The translations under genes and the position numbers were made by a program. The notes beneath the pieces were generated by a model. The model did no database searches. It was not told the DNA's origin and saw nothing but the letters and a program-made list of their open reading frames with translations. From an uncultured Gemmatimonadales bacterium (GTDB taxonomy: Bacteria > Gemmatimonadota > Gemmatimonadetes > Gemmatimonadales > GWC2-71-9), in NCBI GenBank assembly GCA_963730185.1, contig CAVSQW010000017.1, positions 1 to 64,000 on the forward strand: a stretch of 64,000 bases of DNA, read 5' to 3'. This document shows positions 30,500 through 43,628 of this stretch, one piece after another. Position 1 is the first letter of the stretch. Every line of letters begins with the position of its first letter.

Positions 30500-31297
30500 A
30501 TGACGCTGGTCAGCATCGTCATTCCGGCGATGAACGAAGAGGCGAACCTGCCGATGGTGCTCGACGACCTGGCGGCGACGGCGGCCTCCGTCCCGGGGTA
30601 CGAATTCGAAGTCCTGGTGGTCGACGACCACTCCACCGACCGCACGGCCGAGTTGGCCCGGGCTCGGGGAGCCAAGGTGCTGTCCAACGAAGGCCGGCGG
30701 GGTAAGGGCATGGCGCTCCGGCTCGGGTTCGCTGGCGCCCGGGGCGAGATCATCGCTATGATGGATGCGGACTACTCTCACCGGGCGGAGGAGCTGCCTC
30801 GGTTTCTGGAGGCCCTGGCCGATCCCAGTGTGGGTCTGGTCATCGGGTCTCGCGTCGTCGGTGGGAGCGAGGAGTACACGCATATTCGCGCGCTCGGCAA
30901 CGTTTTCCTGAGCGCGTCGCTGGGGCTCTGCACCGGCCGGTACCTGTCCGATGCGCTGAACGGCTTCAAGGTATTCCGGCGGGACGTCTTCACCGAGTTC
31001 GAGTACACGTCGCGCGCGTTCGAGATCGAGATCGAGCTGATCGCCAACACCCTCCGGCGCGGTTATCGGGTGGTGGAGATCACCAGCCACGAGCGGGCCC
31101 GAGCCGGCGGCGAGCCGAAGTCGCGGGTGGTGCGCCACGGCACCCGGTTCCTGGTGAGGATCATCTGGGAGGGCATCCGGGGCGTGAAGCCTACCGCGGT
31201 TCGGGAGGCTCCCCAAGGCGACCCGGCCCGCTTCCGCGGAACTCCCGCCGAGCGGTCGGCGGCGGTGCCGCCAGTGGATCAGGCCGTCGGCCGGTAG
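30500..31297 (+). CDS. DPM1-like polyprenyl-phosphate glycosyltransferase (GT2)
   Basis: SIVIPAMNEE, VDDHSTD, MDADYSH, VIGSR, FEIEIE. Confidence 0.88.
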   Translation: MTLVSIVIPAMNEEANLPMVLDDLAATAASVPGYEFEVLVVDDHSTDRTAELARARGAKVLSNEGRRGKGMALRLGFAGARGEIIAMMDADYSHRAEELPRFLEALADPSVGLVIGSRVVGGSEEYTHIRALGNVFLSASLGLCTGRYLSDALNGFKVFRRDVFTEFEYTSRAFEIEIELIANTLRRGYRVVEITSHERARAGGEPKSRVVRHGTRFLVRIIWEGIRGVKPTAVREAPQGDPARFRGTPAERSAAVPPVDQAVGR

Positions 31298-31357
31298 CGC
31301 CACCCGGCGCTTCCCGACGGGCGAGATAACGTCGAATCAACCGAGAGCGGTAAGACA

Positions 31358-31501
31358 ATGATGCTTCTTTACGTGGGTCCGGACCAGCTGTTGCCGCTCA
31401 CCTCGATTCTCGGGGCGATCGGTGGGGCGATCATGATCTTCTGGCGCCAGCTGGTCGGCGTGTCGAAGAAGGTCGTGAAGGTTTTTCGCCGCTCAGCCTG
31501 A
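31358..31501 (+). CDS. 47-aa single-TM small protein (not in ORF track)
   Basis: MMLLYVGPDQLLPLTSILGAIGGAIMIFWRQLVGVSKKVVKVFRRSA; coding-like GC3, fills the gap and ends 6 nt before the next gene. Confidence 0.7.
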   Translation: MMLLYVGPDQLLPLTSILGAIGGAIMIFWRQLVGVSKKVVKVFRRSA

Positions 31502-31507
31502 CCGTAC

Positions 31508-32332
31508 GTGGCCCTGGCGCAGCGGATCCGCCGGCTGGGCGAAGCTGCCGCGTTCCTCGGGCGATACGCCGCCGACTGGCCTTCCCGAAAGACTCTGTTC
31601 CGCGCCTATCAGCGGAGCTTGCATAGCACGACCGACACCACCGAGGCGGCGCTCCGGCTCCGCGTCGGGGGCACTGTGGTGCCGCTCCGGATCCGACTTT
31701 CCGACATCTATACCCTCGCCGAGATCTTCCACGAGCGGCAGTACGAGCTCCGAACTTCGCTGCCTCCGCATCCCATCATCATCGACGCCGGGGCGAACAT
31801 CGGGGTCGCCTCGCTCTGGTTCGCGGCTCGGTATCCCGGGGCCAGGATCGTCGCGCTGGAGCCGGCGCCCGACAACCTCCGGCTGCTCCGGGAGAACGTG
31901 GGTTCGCTTCCCGGTGCCACCGTGCTCGGCGCCGCGGTCGCGAAGACGGCCGCGCCGGTGGCGCTCCATCTAGCCGAGCACGGCGCGCTGCACTCGGCCG
32001 TGGACACCTCGCTCGATGACGCCCCGACGGTGGTGGTGCCGGGCGTCACCCTCGCCGACGTGATGGCCGAGCACGATCTCCCCCGCATCGACCTCCTCAA
32101 GATCGACGTCGAAGGAAGTGAGCTCGACGCCCTCGAAGGTCTGGGGCCGCGCCTGGCGCAGGTGGGCGTGATCGCGGGCGAGATGCACGAGCGGCTGGTG
32201 AGCGAGGAGGCGTTCTACGGCCTGCTCGAGCGCTCAGGCTTCCGGGTCCTCCATCGGACCTACTACGGCAACGGCCGCCTCGACGGGGTCCACGCCTTCG
32301 AGGCGGCTCGGGTCACCGCTGGGATAGCGTGA
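31508..32332 (+). CDS. FkbM family SAM-dependent methyltransferase
   Basis: IDAGANIG, ALEPAPDN, IDLLKIDVEGSE. Confidence 0.9.
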   Translation: MALAQRIRRLGEAAAFLGRYAADWPSRKTLFRAYQRSLHSTTDTTEAALRLRVGGTVVPLRIRLSDIYTLAEIFHERQYELRTSLPPHPIIIDAGANIGVASLWFAARYPGARIVALEPAPDNLRLLRENVGSLPGATVLGAAVAKTAAPVALHLAEHGALHSAVDTSLDDAPTVVVPGVTLADVMAEHDLPRIDLLKIDVEGSELDALEGLGPRLAQVGVIAGEMHERLVSEEAFYGLLERSGFRVLHRTYYGNGRLDGVHAFEAARVTAGIA

Positions 32333-33981
32333 TCGTCCCCGCCGCCGGAATGCTCGCTGTCAGGACCCCGCCGGCCGCCACTGTCACGGGCGCCCCCACC
32401 GCGCCAGGCGCCGCGCTGGTGCTGAAGCTGACGTCGTAGGTTCCCGCGGGCACGCCACTCACGTTGAGGGTCGCCCCGGCCGTCGTATTCGCCACTACCA
32501 CGAACTTCCCGTTGGCGTTTCGGAAGGCCACCGGCGCGATCGTGCCGGTGGTCGACGTCACCCCGATCCGCACCGCTCCCGGCCTCACGTGCCTGAAGAA
32601 CTGGATCAACGGATACGCCGCCGGCCGGATCTCCATCGACTCCGTCAGGGTGTCGACCTTGATCAGGCTGGGCGCGTTGGGATAAGGCCCGGCCAGGCCG
32701 TATTGCTGCCAGGACGACACGCCCGCCTTGGTCAGGTCGGCGAGCAGGGTGGAGGCGGTCGCGGTCGTGTACTCGAGCATCGCCGTCTGGACACCCGCGG
32801 CGGCGGCGGTCGTCTTGATGCCGTTCAGGGTCGTGGCGCCGGGTGATCCGTAGAGGTGATAGGTCAGCTCGGCGAGGTACGGCGCCACGCCGGCCGTGTT
32901 TCGAATGGCGTCGAAATAGGGGACGGCCTTCTTCGAGTCGAGGGTCGAGGGAGCGGCGAATTTCACCTTCTGAAAGCCGGCGGCCCGCACCGCGGGCGCG
33001 GCGGCCGCGATCATGGCCCCCAGCTGGGCGCCGCTGATCGCCGTGTTGCCGTTGTCAGGCTCCAGACGAGCTTCCCAGATGTCGGGCTCGAGGTTGAAGG
33101 TCTGTTTCAGGTGCTTCAGCACCGTCACGACGAACTCGGCATACTCCGCCGGCGAGCTCTGCTGAAAGCTCGCGGTGGCGCTGAAGCCCACGTAGCAGGT
33201 GTTGAGGACGAAGGGCTCGCCCCGCGCCTCGACCGCCGCCTTTACCGGAAGGACGTAGTTCTGCACCAGCCGGTCGAAGCAATGCCATCGGAAGCCTGAC
33301 GGATTGACCGAGTTCGGATCCGAGTTGTCGTTCTGGCCGATCCACTGGCTGCTGGCCCCGGCGCAGTTGCCGGTCTGGGCCGGAGAGACCGATTCGATGA
33401 TGTTGCCGGTGGCTCTGGAGTCGGATCCGATTGATGCCGATCTCGGCCGTGAGGGCCGCCAGCGCGGCATATCCCGCCGCGGAGAACCCCCAACCGTCGG
33501 ACAGCGTGGCTTCCCATCCCACGATGGTCTGGTAGGTCTGGCCGGCGTTGACGACCACGTTCGCGTTCGGGTTCGGCGGAACGATCGTGACCGCGGCGGT
33601 CTGGCTCTTCCCGCCCGCGGCCGCGGCCAACTGGTAGGAGCCTACCGCCGAGCCCGCGGTGAACGTGCCGGCGGTATCGTTGGTGGACGAGGTGGTCGTC
33701 CAGGTGCCACCCGGCGCCTGCCAGGACATGGTGGGACAGGCGATGGTCGTGCCCTGGTCGCTCCGGCACGAGGCCACGAAGCCCTGATCGGCTCCGGGCT
33801 GGAGCGAGGTGCCGGCCGGATTCACGACGATCGCGGCGAACACCGGGGCAGGCGGTGGCGGGGGCGGGGGGCCGATCGGCGATCCTCCGCCACATCCCAC
33901 CGGGATCATGGCACAGCCGGCCACGACCACGAACGCCGCTGCGAGCCAGGGCGCCGACCACCGCCGATTCGATCCGACCAT
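32313..33981 (-). CDS. Secreted or lipoprotein glycoside hydrolase, GH30-like TIM barrel with N-terminal Ig-like domain (frameshift near 33415)
   Basis: Signal peptide, Cys, poly-Pro linker, Ig-like segment, TYQTIVGW, LEPD, YHLY, MLEY, QFFRHVRPGAVRI, VAFRNANG. Confidence 0.68.
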
Positions 33982-34055
33982 CTGCCCCCCTTGCCTTCGT
34001 TCCGTTGCGGCCTCTGGGTCCCGTACCACCGGGAACGACTCTCGACCGGCTGAGA

Positions 34056-34071
34056 TGCACGTCCAGCGCCA
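34056..34071 (-). promoter_or_regulatory. Possible sigma54 promoter for the GH30-like gene
   Basis: Minus strand TGGCGC-TGGAC-GTGCA. Confidence 0.4.
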
Positions 34072-34076
34072 GCGGC

Positions 34077-34168
34077 TGGCGTGGCGCTTGCTTGTCGAAA
34101 GGTGCGCACGACGTTGGCCTTTGGAAACCGGCAATTGCGCTAGGCACCGGCCTGGCCGCATCTTTGCT
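34077..34168 (+). promoter_or_regulatory. Two sigma54-like promoters upstream of cysN
   Basis: TGGCGT-GGCGC-TTGCT (34077-34092) and TGGCCG-CATCT-TTGCT (34153-34168). Confidence 0.5.
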
Positions 34169-34268
34169 GGCCGGCAGTGTAGATGGCGTGCAACGGTGAG
34201 TGTGGCGTCGGCGCCACTGGCCTGTGACCCTAAGAAACGGACACCCGACCTATCAACCGCCCGATGAC

Positions 34269-37394
<3,126 letters not shown>

Positions 37395-37396
37395 CC

Positions 37397-38279
37397 ATGG
37401 ACCATCTCGATCAGCTCGAACACAGAAGCGTCCACATCTTCCGTGAGGCCTACGCCAACTACCGGAGCCTCTGCATGCTCTGGTCGATCGGCAAGGACAG
37501 CACCGTCCTGCTTTGGCTGGCCCGGAAGGCGTTCTTCGGACACGCGCCGTTTCCGCTGGTGCACATCGACACCTCGTTCAAGATTCCCGAGATGATCAGG
37601 TATCGCGACCGGCTGGCCGCGGAGTGGAACCTGAACCTGATCTACGGGCAGAATCGAGGAGGCGCTCGAGGCCAAGCGGACCTTCCCCGACGGGGCGGTC
37701 GACCGGATCGCCTGCTGCCGGGCCCTCAAGACCGAGGCGCTCAAGCACACCCTCTCGGGTGAGTGGCCGCGCTACCGGTTCAACCACGCCAAGAAGGCCT
37801 ACGAGCGCGACAAGAACACCGAGCCCTTCACCGGCGTCATCGTGGGGGCCCGGGCCGACGAGGAGGGCAGCCGGTCCAAGGAGCGTTACTTCTCTCCCCG
37901 CGACCAGCAGAACTCCTGGGACGTGGGCGACCAGCCGCCCGAGTTCTGGAACCAGTACAAGACCGAATTCGCGCCCGGGACCCACGTCCGGATCCATCCG
38001 CTGCTCGACTGGACCGAGCTCAACATCTGGGAGTACATCGAGCGGGAGAAGATCCCCACGGTGTCGCTCTACTACGATCAGGGCGAGGGGATCCGCTACC
38101 GGTCGCTGGGCTGCGGTCCCTGCACTAAGCCGGTCGAGTCCGACGCGAAGAACGTGGCGGAGATCATCGTGGAGCTCCGGACCGGCAAGTTCGCGAACAT
38201 CGCGGAGCGGTCGGGTCGGGCGCAGGACAAGGACGACGGCGGCGGGCTCGAGACCCTCAGGCGGGAAGGGTACATGTGA
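37397..38279 (+). CDS. cysD: Sulfate adenylyltransferase small subunit (frameshift near 37657)
   Basis: [57 protein letters not shown]. Confidence 0.92.
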
Positions 38280-39718
38280 GCTCGGCGTCGCCGGCGCCGA
38301 CCCCGGCCGGCCCCTCGGCCGGACGGGTGGCCCGGAGCTTTCTGGCGCTCGGTCTCGGGGAGGCGCTGTCCCGGCTCATCGCGTTCGGAGCGACCGTCTA
38401 CGCGGCCCGGGTGCTCGGGGCCGGGGGCTACGGCGTGGTTGCCTGGGCGATGGCGGTCGTGCTCTACTTCAATCGCGTCGTCGACGCCGGCTTCGAGCTC
38501 GGGATCGGGGTGCGCGAGGTGGCCGCCCGACCCGAGTTCGTGGCCGAGGGCGCCGCCACGGTATTGACGTTCCGGACCGCCCTGGCGGTCATCCTCGTGA
38601 CCCTGGTGGTCGGGGCGTCGCTGATCTTCCTGCCGGAGCCGGACGCCAGCGTCCTGGCCGTTCAGATCCTCACGGTGCTCGCCGTCGGGATCAGCCCCCG
38701 TTGGGTTCACCTCGGCTTCCACCGCGCCCGGTTGTCGGCCTCCGCGACCGCGGCGGGCCAGCTGCTGATGGCCCTCCTGGTGCTGGCCCTGGTCCGGTCG
38801 CCCGACGACCTCCGGATCATGCCGGCCGCGCAGGTGGCGGGCGACCTGCTCGCCGCCTCGATCCTGGTCGTCGCCCTCCGGCGTCTGGACGGCTCGCTCC
38901 GAGTCCAGGTGGACTGGGCCGTGCTCCGGCCGCTGCTGCCCCGATCCCGTCACATGGTCGCCAGCGGGTTGCTGGGCATCGCCACCTACAGCCTGGGGGT
39001 GCTCTTTCTCCGCGGTTTCGACGGACCGGCCTCCGCCGGTCTGTATGCCGCCGCCTACTCGCTGGTGATCTTCTTCGTCAACGTCGGCTTGATGTACAGC
39101 CTGAGTCTGTTGCCGACGTTGACCCGGCTGGGCGACGAGCCCGGCGCCCGGAACGCCCTCTATGCGACCGCGCTGACCCAGGTCTTCACCGTGGCCTTTC
39201 CGGTGGCGGTGGGCGGGGCGCTCCTGGCCGCGCCGTTCATCGGCTTGATCTACGGACCGTCCTACCTCCCCGCGGCCGTCGCCTTCGGCGTTCTGGTGTG
39301 GTCGATTCCCTGTGACCTGCTTCGGGACGTGTCGATCGCCGCGCTGATGTCGGTGGGCCGGGAGCGCACCGTCTTCCGGATCACCGTGGTCTCGGCCACC
39401 ACCAGCCTCGCCCTGGGGTTGCTCCTGGTGCCGCGCTTCGGGTTGGTCGGGGCGGCGGCGGTAACCTTTGCGGCGGAGCTGCTCCGGTTGGTGCTGGCTC
39501 TGATCCTGGTCCGGCGCTCGGGGTTCGCGGGCCTACCGGTCGGCCGGATGGCGCGTCCCGTCGTCGCGGGCCTGGCGATGGGAGTGGTGGTCTACCTGAC
39601 GGCGTCGTTTCCGGTGCCCCTGGTGGTTGGGTTCGGGATGGTGGCCTACGCTTTGGCCTTGATCGCGGTGGGCGGCCTTCGGGTGTCGCTCCGGGGCTGG
39701 CCCGAGCTCACGGTGTGA
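38276..39718 (+). CDS. wzx: Wzx-type flippase
   Basis: [25 protein letters not shown]; about 14 TMs. Confidence 0.85.
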   Translation: MSSASPAPTPAGPSAGRVARSFLALGLGEALSRLIAFGATVYAARVLGAGGYGVVAWAMAVVLYFNRVVDAGFELGIGVREVAARPEFVAEGAATVLTFRTALAVILVTLVVGASLIFLPEPDASVLAVQILTVLAVGISPRWVHLGFHRARLSASATAAGQLLMALLVLALVRSPDDLRIMPAAQVAGDLLAASILVVALRRLDGSLRVQVDWAVLRPLLPRSRHMVASGLLGIATYSLGVLFLRGFDGPASAGLYAAAYSLVIFFVNVGLMYSLSLLPTLTRLGDEPGARNALYATALTQVFTVAFPVAVGGALLAAPFIGLIYGPSYLPAAVAFGVLVWSIPCDLLRDVSIAALMSVGRERTVFRITVVSATTSLALGLLLVPRFGLVGAAAVTFAAELLRLVLALILVRRSGFAGLPVGRMARPVVAGLAMGVVVYLTASFPVPLVVGFGMVAYALALIAVGGLRVSLRGWPELTV

Positions 39719-39722
39719 CCAC

Positions 39723-40652
39723 TCAGGGGCGTCGGGTCAGGTAGCCCGACAGCTCGCCCCAGCTCCAAGCCGCCAGCAGCATCAGGACGAGCGGGCTCGC
39801 GGCGACGAACTGGGCCCACTGCCGGCGTTTGCCGAGCCGCGCGACCGCGTGTCGGGCGAAGAGCACCAGGGGGAGGATCGGCGTACCGAGGATGAGCGCC
39901 AGCCGCTTGGCCGGGGAGAGCTCCCGCACCCGGGTGTAGGCGAACAACCGACCCCAATCCCGGCGCTCCCGGAACATCGCGCTCGGCCGGAGCCCAGTCC
40001 GCTGCTGGTCGACGATCGGTTCGGGGGAGAGCCAGAGGACTTCGCCGGCGTTCAGCAAGGCCCAGTGCACCACCGTCTCGTGATAGCGGTCCTGCCAGAG
40101 ATCGCGGGTCGCCTCCAGGGCCTCGCGGCGGTAGCAGATGTTGACGTCGGTGATATAGGGCCGGGGTCCGGAGACGAACGGCGGCTGGTAGCGGGTGAAG
40201 TCGCAGAAGTAGGCGGCCCAGCTGCTCAGGGTGGTCTGGCCGTTTTCGACCGCGCCGCCGATCGCCGCGACCCGCCGATCCCGGTGCAGGGCCAGCATCC
40301 GGTCGGCCCAGTCCGGCCGAGGGATCCCTCGATCTTCCAGGATGGCCACCAGGGGCGCGCTCGCTTGGGCCAGGCCGGTCGCCCGTCGGCGATCGTAGAG
40401 CTCGTGCTGCCCGCCCGGAGTGCTGGTGGGGTAGCGGGTCTCGACCCGACCGAGGCTGGGGAACCGGACGCCGGGGAACCGGTCGGCCAGCCGACCCACC
40501 TCCGGAACCGACTCGTCCCAGGGCACGATCACCTCGAGGGCCGGCGCTCCCGTCTGCGCGGTGAGCGCCTCGAGGCACCGGGTCAGGGTCGGGCCACCGT
40601 CGACCACGGTGAGCACCACGGACATCACGGGGGCGGGGCGGGTGCCGGTCAT
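39723..40652 (-). CDS. Glycosyltransferase family 2 (EDR variant), paralog of 19740
   Basis: MSVVLTVV, CLEALTAQ, AILEDR, IGGAVEN, NICYRR. Confidence 0.78.
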   Translation of the reverse strand: MTGTRPAPVMSVVLTVVDGGPTLTRCLEALTAQTGAPALEVIVPWDESVPEVGRLADRFPGVRFPSLGRVETRYPTSTPGGQHELYDRRRATGLAQASAPLVAILEDRGIPRPDWADRMLALHRDRRVAAIGGAVENGQTTLSSWAAYFCDFTRYQPPFVSGPRPYITDVNICYRREALEATRDLWQDRYHETVVHWALLNAGEVLWLSPEPIVDQQRTGLRPSAMFRERRDWGRLFAYTRVRELSPAKRLALILGTPILPLVLFARHAVARLGKRRQWAQFVAASPLVLMLLAAWSWGELSGYLTRRP

Positions 40653-42262
40653 GGTTCGAGAGCCCGGGCCACGCGGGTCGCGTTGGCCATCAGGGTGAGC
40701 GTCAAATTCTTGGCCGGCAGGAACGGAAACGTCGCTCCGTCGGCGACCACCAGGTTCGGGAAGTCGTGGCTCCGCCCGTCCGGGGCGCAGGTGTGGCGAC
40801 CGGGCGTCCGGCTCAGGGGCAGGGTCCCGGCGTAGTGGGCACTGGTGCCCTTGGGCAGGACCCGGGTCATGCCGGGCGGGAGCCAGCATCCCAGTCGCCG
40901 GAGGGCCCGGCGCACCCGGCCCAGGGCGTCGGCCAGGAGCGCTGGCTCAGCGGAGTCGTCGACGTAGTCGATGACCAGCCGCGAGCGGCCCGGCTCGGGA
41001 TCCGGTTCGAGCGTCAGGCCGCTCTCCGCCCGGCGGCGGTCCGCCAGGTTGACGTTGGCGATGCCCAGGCCCGCCCGGAGGGCGCGGAAGGCGGCGGTCG
41101 CTCCCCGGAAGTCGAGGGGCAGACTCTGGACGATCGGATGGATCGACGCGGCTCGGAGCGTCGTGATCTGCCCGTGGATGTACTCTTTCGGGTCGGGGCG
41201 CTCGAGCCCGAAGGCCAGGTGGTGGTACTGGTACTGGTCGGTCTCGACCGGCGAGCCGATCATCGCCGGGGTGAGAAACGGGACGTGGGCCTGCCTGTTA
41301 TCCATGAGGCCGGTCAGCCGCTCGGCGGTCTGGGTCCGGCGGAGAATCGACTCCAGATAGATCTTCGAACTGGCGAGGGCGCCCGCGGCGAGCACGAACA
41401 CGTCGCCCGGAAAGGATCCGGTCGGTCCGCCTTCGCTCGGGATGGCGGCGAGTGAGGTGATTCGGCCGTCGGCTCCGTACTCGAAGTGGGTCGCGAGCAG
41501 ACCCGGCCGGTAGTGGAAGCTCCGGTGCTCGAGGCACGCCGCCAGGGTGCTGACCGGGCTGTAGATGGAGCGGGTCGGGCAGCCCCAGAGGCAGCGGCCC
41601 AACTGACCGCAGGCGGGTCGACCGGCGTGGTCGCGGCTCAGGACGGCCACCCGGGACCGGCCCAGGTGGAATTGGAGCCGCTCCCGGAGCGCCGCCCGCT
41701 CCCGCCGATAGCGTTCGACCAGCAGGGCCGAGTGCCGGTCCAATGGCAGCGGGGGGAGGTAGCCGTCGCTCAGCGGGAAGAATGGCGCCAGGTCGTCCGG
41801 CGCGCCAGCCACGCCGATCCGGTCGACGACCGTTCGGTACCCGTTCGCCAGCGCGCCGGGGTCCAAGGGAAAATCGGCCAGGTCCTCCGGGCCGAACTCG
41901 TATGCCCCGGCGGTCCAGGCTTCGGCCAACCCACCGCGGGCGAAGCTGAAGAAGGCCCGCATCACGCCGTCCTGAACCCGGAAGGGCGAGGGCCGCCGGA
42001 AGACGAATGTCTTGGACGGTGGCTGCCCGTAGTAGCTCGAGGTGCTGGCCGGATACACGACCCCTTCGCCGTCGGCGCCGAGGAAATAAGCCACCGGGTC
42101 GTCGAGTCGCTCGGGCATCTGGCTGAAGGTGGCGTCGGGAGCCACCGGGTCCGGACGGACATAGCCTACGTCGAGCATGGTCACGTCGAACCCACGCTCC
42201 AGAGCCGTCAGGGCGAAGTGGACCCCGGAGGCACCCGACCCGACCACCACCAGCCGGGTCAT
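40649..42262 (-). CDS. GMC family FAD oxidoreductase
   Basis: VVGSGASG, GGLAEAW, CGQLGRCLWGC, VLAAGAL, HYAGT, VADGATFP..KNLTLTLMANATR. Confidence 0.87.
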   Translation of the reverse strand: MTRLVVVGSGASGVHFALTALERGFDVTMLDVGYVRPDPVAPDATFSQMPERLDDPVAYFLGADGEGVVYPASTSSYYGQPPSKTFVFRRPSPFRVQDGVMRAFFSFARGGLAEAWTAGAYEFGPEDLADFPLDPGALANGYRTVVDRIGVAGAPDDLAPFFPLSDGYLPPLPLDRHSALLVERYRRERAALRERLQFHLGRSRVAVLSRDHAGRPACGQLGRCLWGCPTRSIYSPVSTLAACLEHRSFHYRPGLLATHFEYGADGRITSLAAIPSEGGPTGSFPGDVFVLAAGALASSKIYLESILRRTQTAERLTGLMDNRQAHVPFLTPAMIGSPVETDQYQYHHLAFGLERPDPKEYIHGQITTLRAASIHPIVQSLPLDFRGATAAFRALRAGLGIANVNLADRRRAESGLTLEPDPEPGRSRLVIDYVDDSAEPALLADALGRVRRALRRLGCWLPPGMTRVLPKGTSAHYAGTLPLSRTPGRHTCAPDGRSHDFPNLVVADGATFPFLPAKNLTLTLMANATRVARALEP

Positions 42263-42720
42263 GGGTCGGTCGCCGGGGTGTGCCGGGAGCCGGCGAGTCC
42301 GAGGACGAGGTGGACCGGTCCGAAGACCACGAGGCCCGAGACGAGGGCGACACCACTCCCCGCGAGGTGGCCGACCAGCCGGGCCACGACGGCGGGCCGA
42401 CGGCCGACGTCGGCGGAGTGCAGGGCGGGATGGGTGTCGGGCGCGTTCTCGAGGATCGCGAGCATCAGCGTGAGGCGCCGGCGGAGCGGCCCCACGGGCC
42501 GGACGAAGCGGGCGTACCCGTCGGCCATCCGGGTCCAAGGTGAGCCCCATCGGGCGGCCGCGAGCAGGGCCCGGTCGATGGCGGGCGCACCTCTCGTCGG
42601 GGCGACCCGATCGGGGTCCGCCCGCCGGTACCAGGCCTCGACCTCGCCGCTCGGCGTCCGGCCCGAGAGGTAGCGACCGAACGCGCGGCACTCCCGCGCC
42701 AGGCGCTGGTCGGTCGTCAC
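42259..42720 (-). CDS. Hypothetical protein with C-terminal hydrophobic segment
   Basis: ORF coupled at both ends by 4-nt overlaps; ECRAFGRYL..DGYARF..LRRRLTLMLAILE. Confidence 0.6.
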   Translation of the reverse strand: MTTDQRLARECRAFGRYLSGRTPSGEVEAWYRRADPDRVAPTRGAPAIDRALLAAARWGSPWTRMADGYARFVRPVGPLRRRLTLMLAILENAPDTHPALHSADVGRRPAVVARLVGHLAGSGVALVSGLVVFGPVHLVLGLAGSRHTPATDP

Positions 42721-43628
42721 CGGGGGGCCCCATCCAACATGGCGGCCAGCCCCCGCCGGGCCGGCGGACACCAGGCCGGTGGGCGTCGGGTGACCACGGC
42801 TGGGTTCGAGAAGGCGGCCAGCTGTCCCGCGGTGAACGGCAGGACCGGGAGCAGGAGCGGCTCGCACGCGGCCAGGATGGTGCGCAGCGGCTCGATCGGA
42901 ATCCGGATTGGGGCCCGGGGCGACTGGCCGGCCCGGACTCGGAAAGCCGCCATCAGCTCGGTGATCGGAAGCACCTCCGGCCCCCCGAGCTCAATCGGGT
43001 CGGTGGGCCAGTCCGGGCTGGCCAGCGCCGCCAGCAGAGCGTCGACCACGTCGTCGACATGGACCGGCTGCACGGTCCGACCGGCGCCGAAGGTTACTGG
43101 AATCGGGAGCGTGGCCAGCCGCCGGAGGTTGGCGGCGACGGGGCTCCCAGGGCCAAGGATCAGCGTGGGGCGGACGATCAGCGTCTCGAGCCCGCTCTCC
43201 CGGACCAGGGTTTCCGCCGCTGCCTTGGCTTCAGCGTAGTGGTAGTGACGCCGGTCGGTATACCCGGCGGCGATGCTGCTGACGAAGAGAAAACGGCGGA
43301 CCTGGTGCCGGCGGGCGGCGTCGAGGAGAAGCTGAGTGGCCGTCACGGAAGCCGCGTGGTGAGCCCCAGCGCTGGCCTTGCCGGTCAGGGCGGCGAGGTG
43401 GACCACCGTGTCGACGCCTTGGAGGGCGGCGGTCCAGGGGCCGGGACGGCGGAGGTCGCCCACCACGGTCTGGCCGGGTCCGGCAGTGTGGTCGGGGCTT
43501 CGGACCAGGTACCGCACCTCACGCTGCCCTGCCTCGGCCAGACGATGGGTCAGGCGGCGGCCGACGAACCCGGTGGCCCCCGTGACGAAGAGCGGCCCCG
43601 CGACGGCCGGGGCCGAGGCGGGGCTCAT
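42717..43628 (-). CDS. NAD-dependent epimerase/dehydratase (atypical SDR)
   Basis: VTGATGFVG, VHLAA, FVSSIAA, YAEAK, VHVDDV. Confidence 0.87.
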   Translation of the reverse strand: MSPASAPAVAGPLFVTGATGFVGRRLTHRLAEAGQREVRYLVRSPDHTAGPGQTVVGDLRRPGPWTAALQGVDTVVHLAALTGKASAGAHHAASVTATQLLLDAARRHQVRRFLFVSSIAAGYTDRRHYHYAEAKAAAETLVRESGLETLIVRPTLILGPGSPVAANLRRLATLPIPVTFGAGRTVQPVHVDDVVDALLAALASPDWPTDPIELGGPEVLPITELMAAFRVRAGQSPRAPIRIPIEPLRTILAACEPLLLPVLPFTAGQLAAFSNPAVVTRRPPAWCPPARRGLAAMLDGAPR

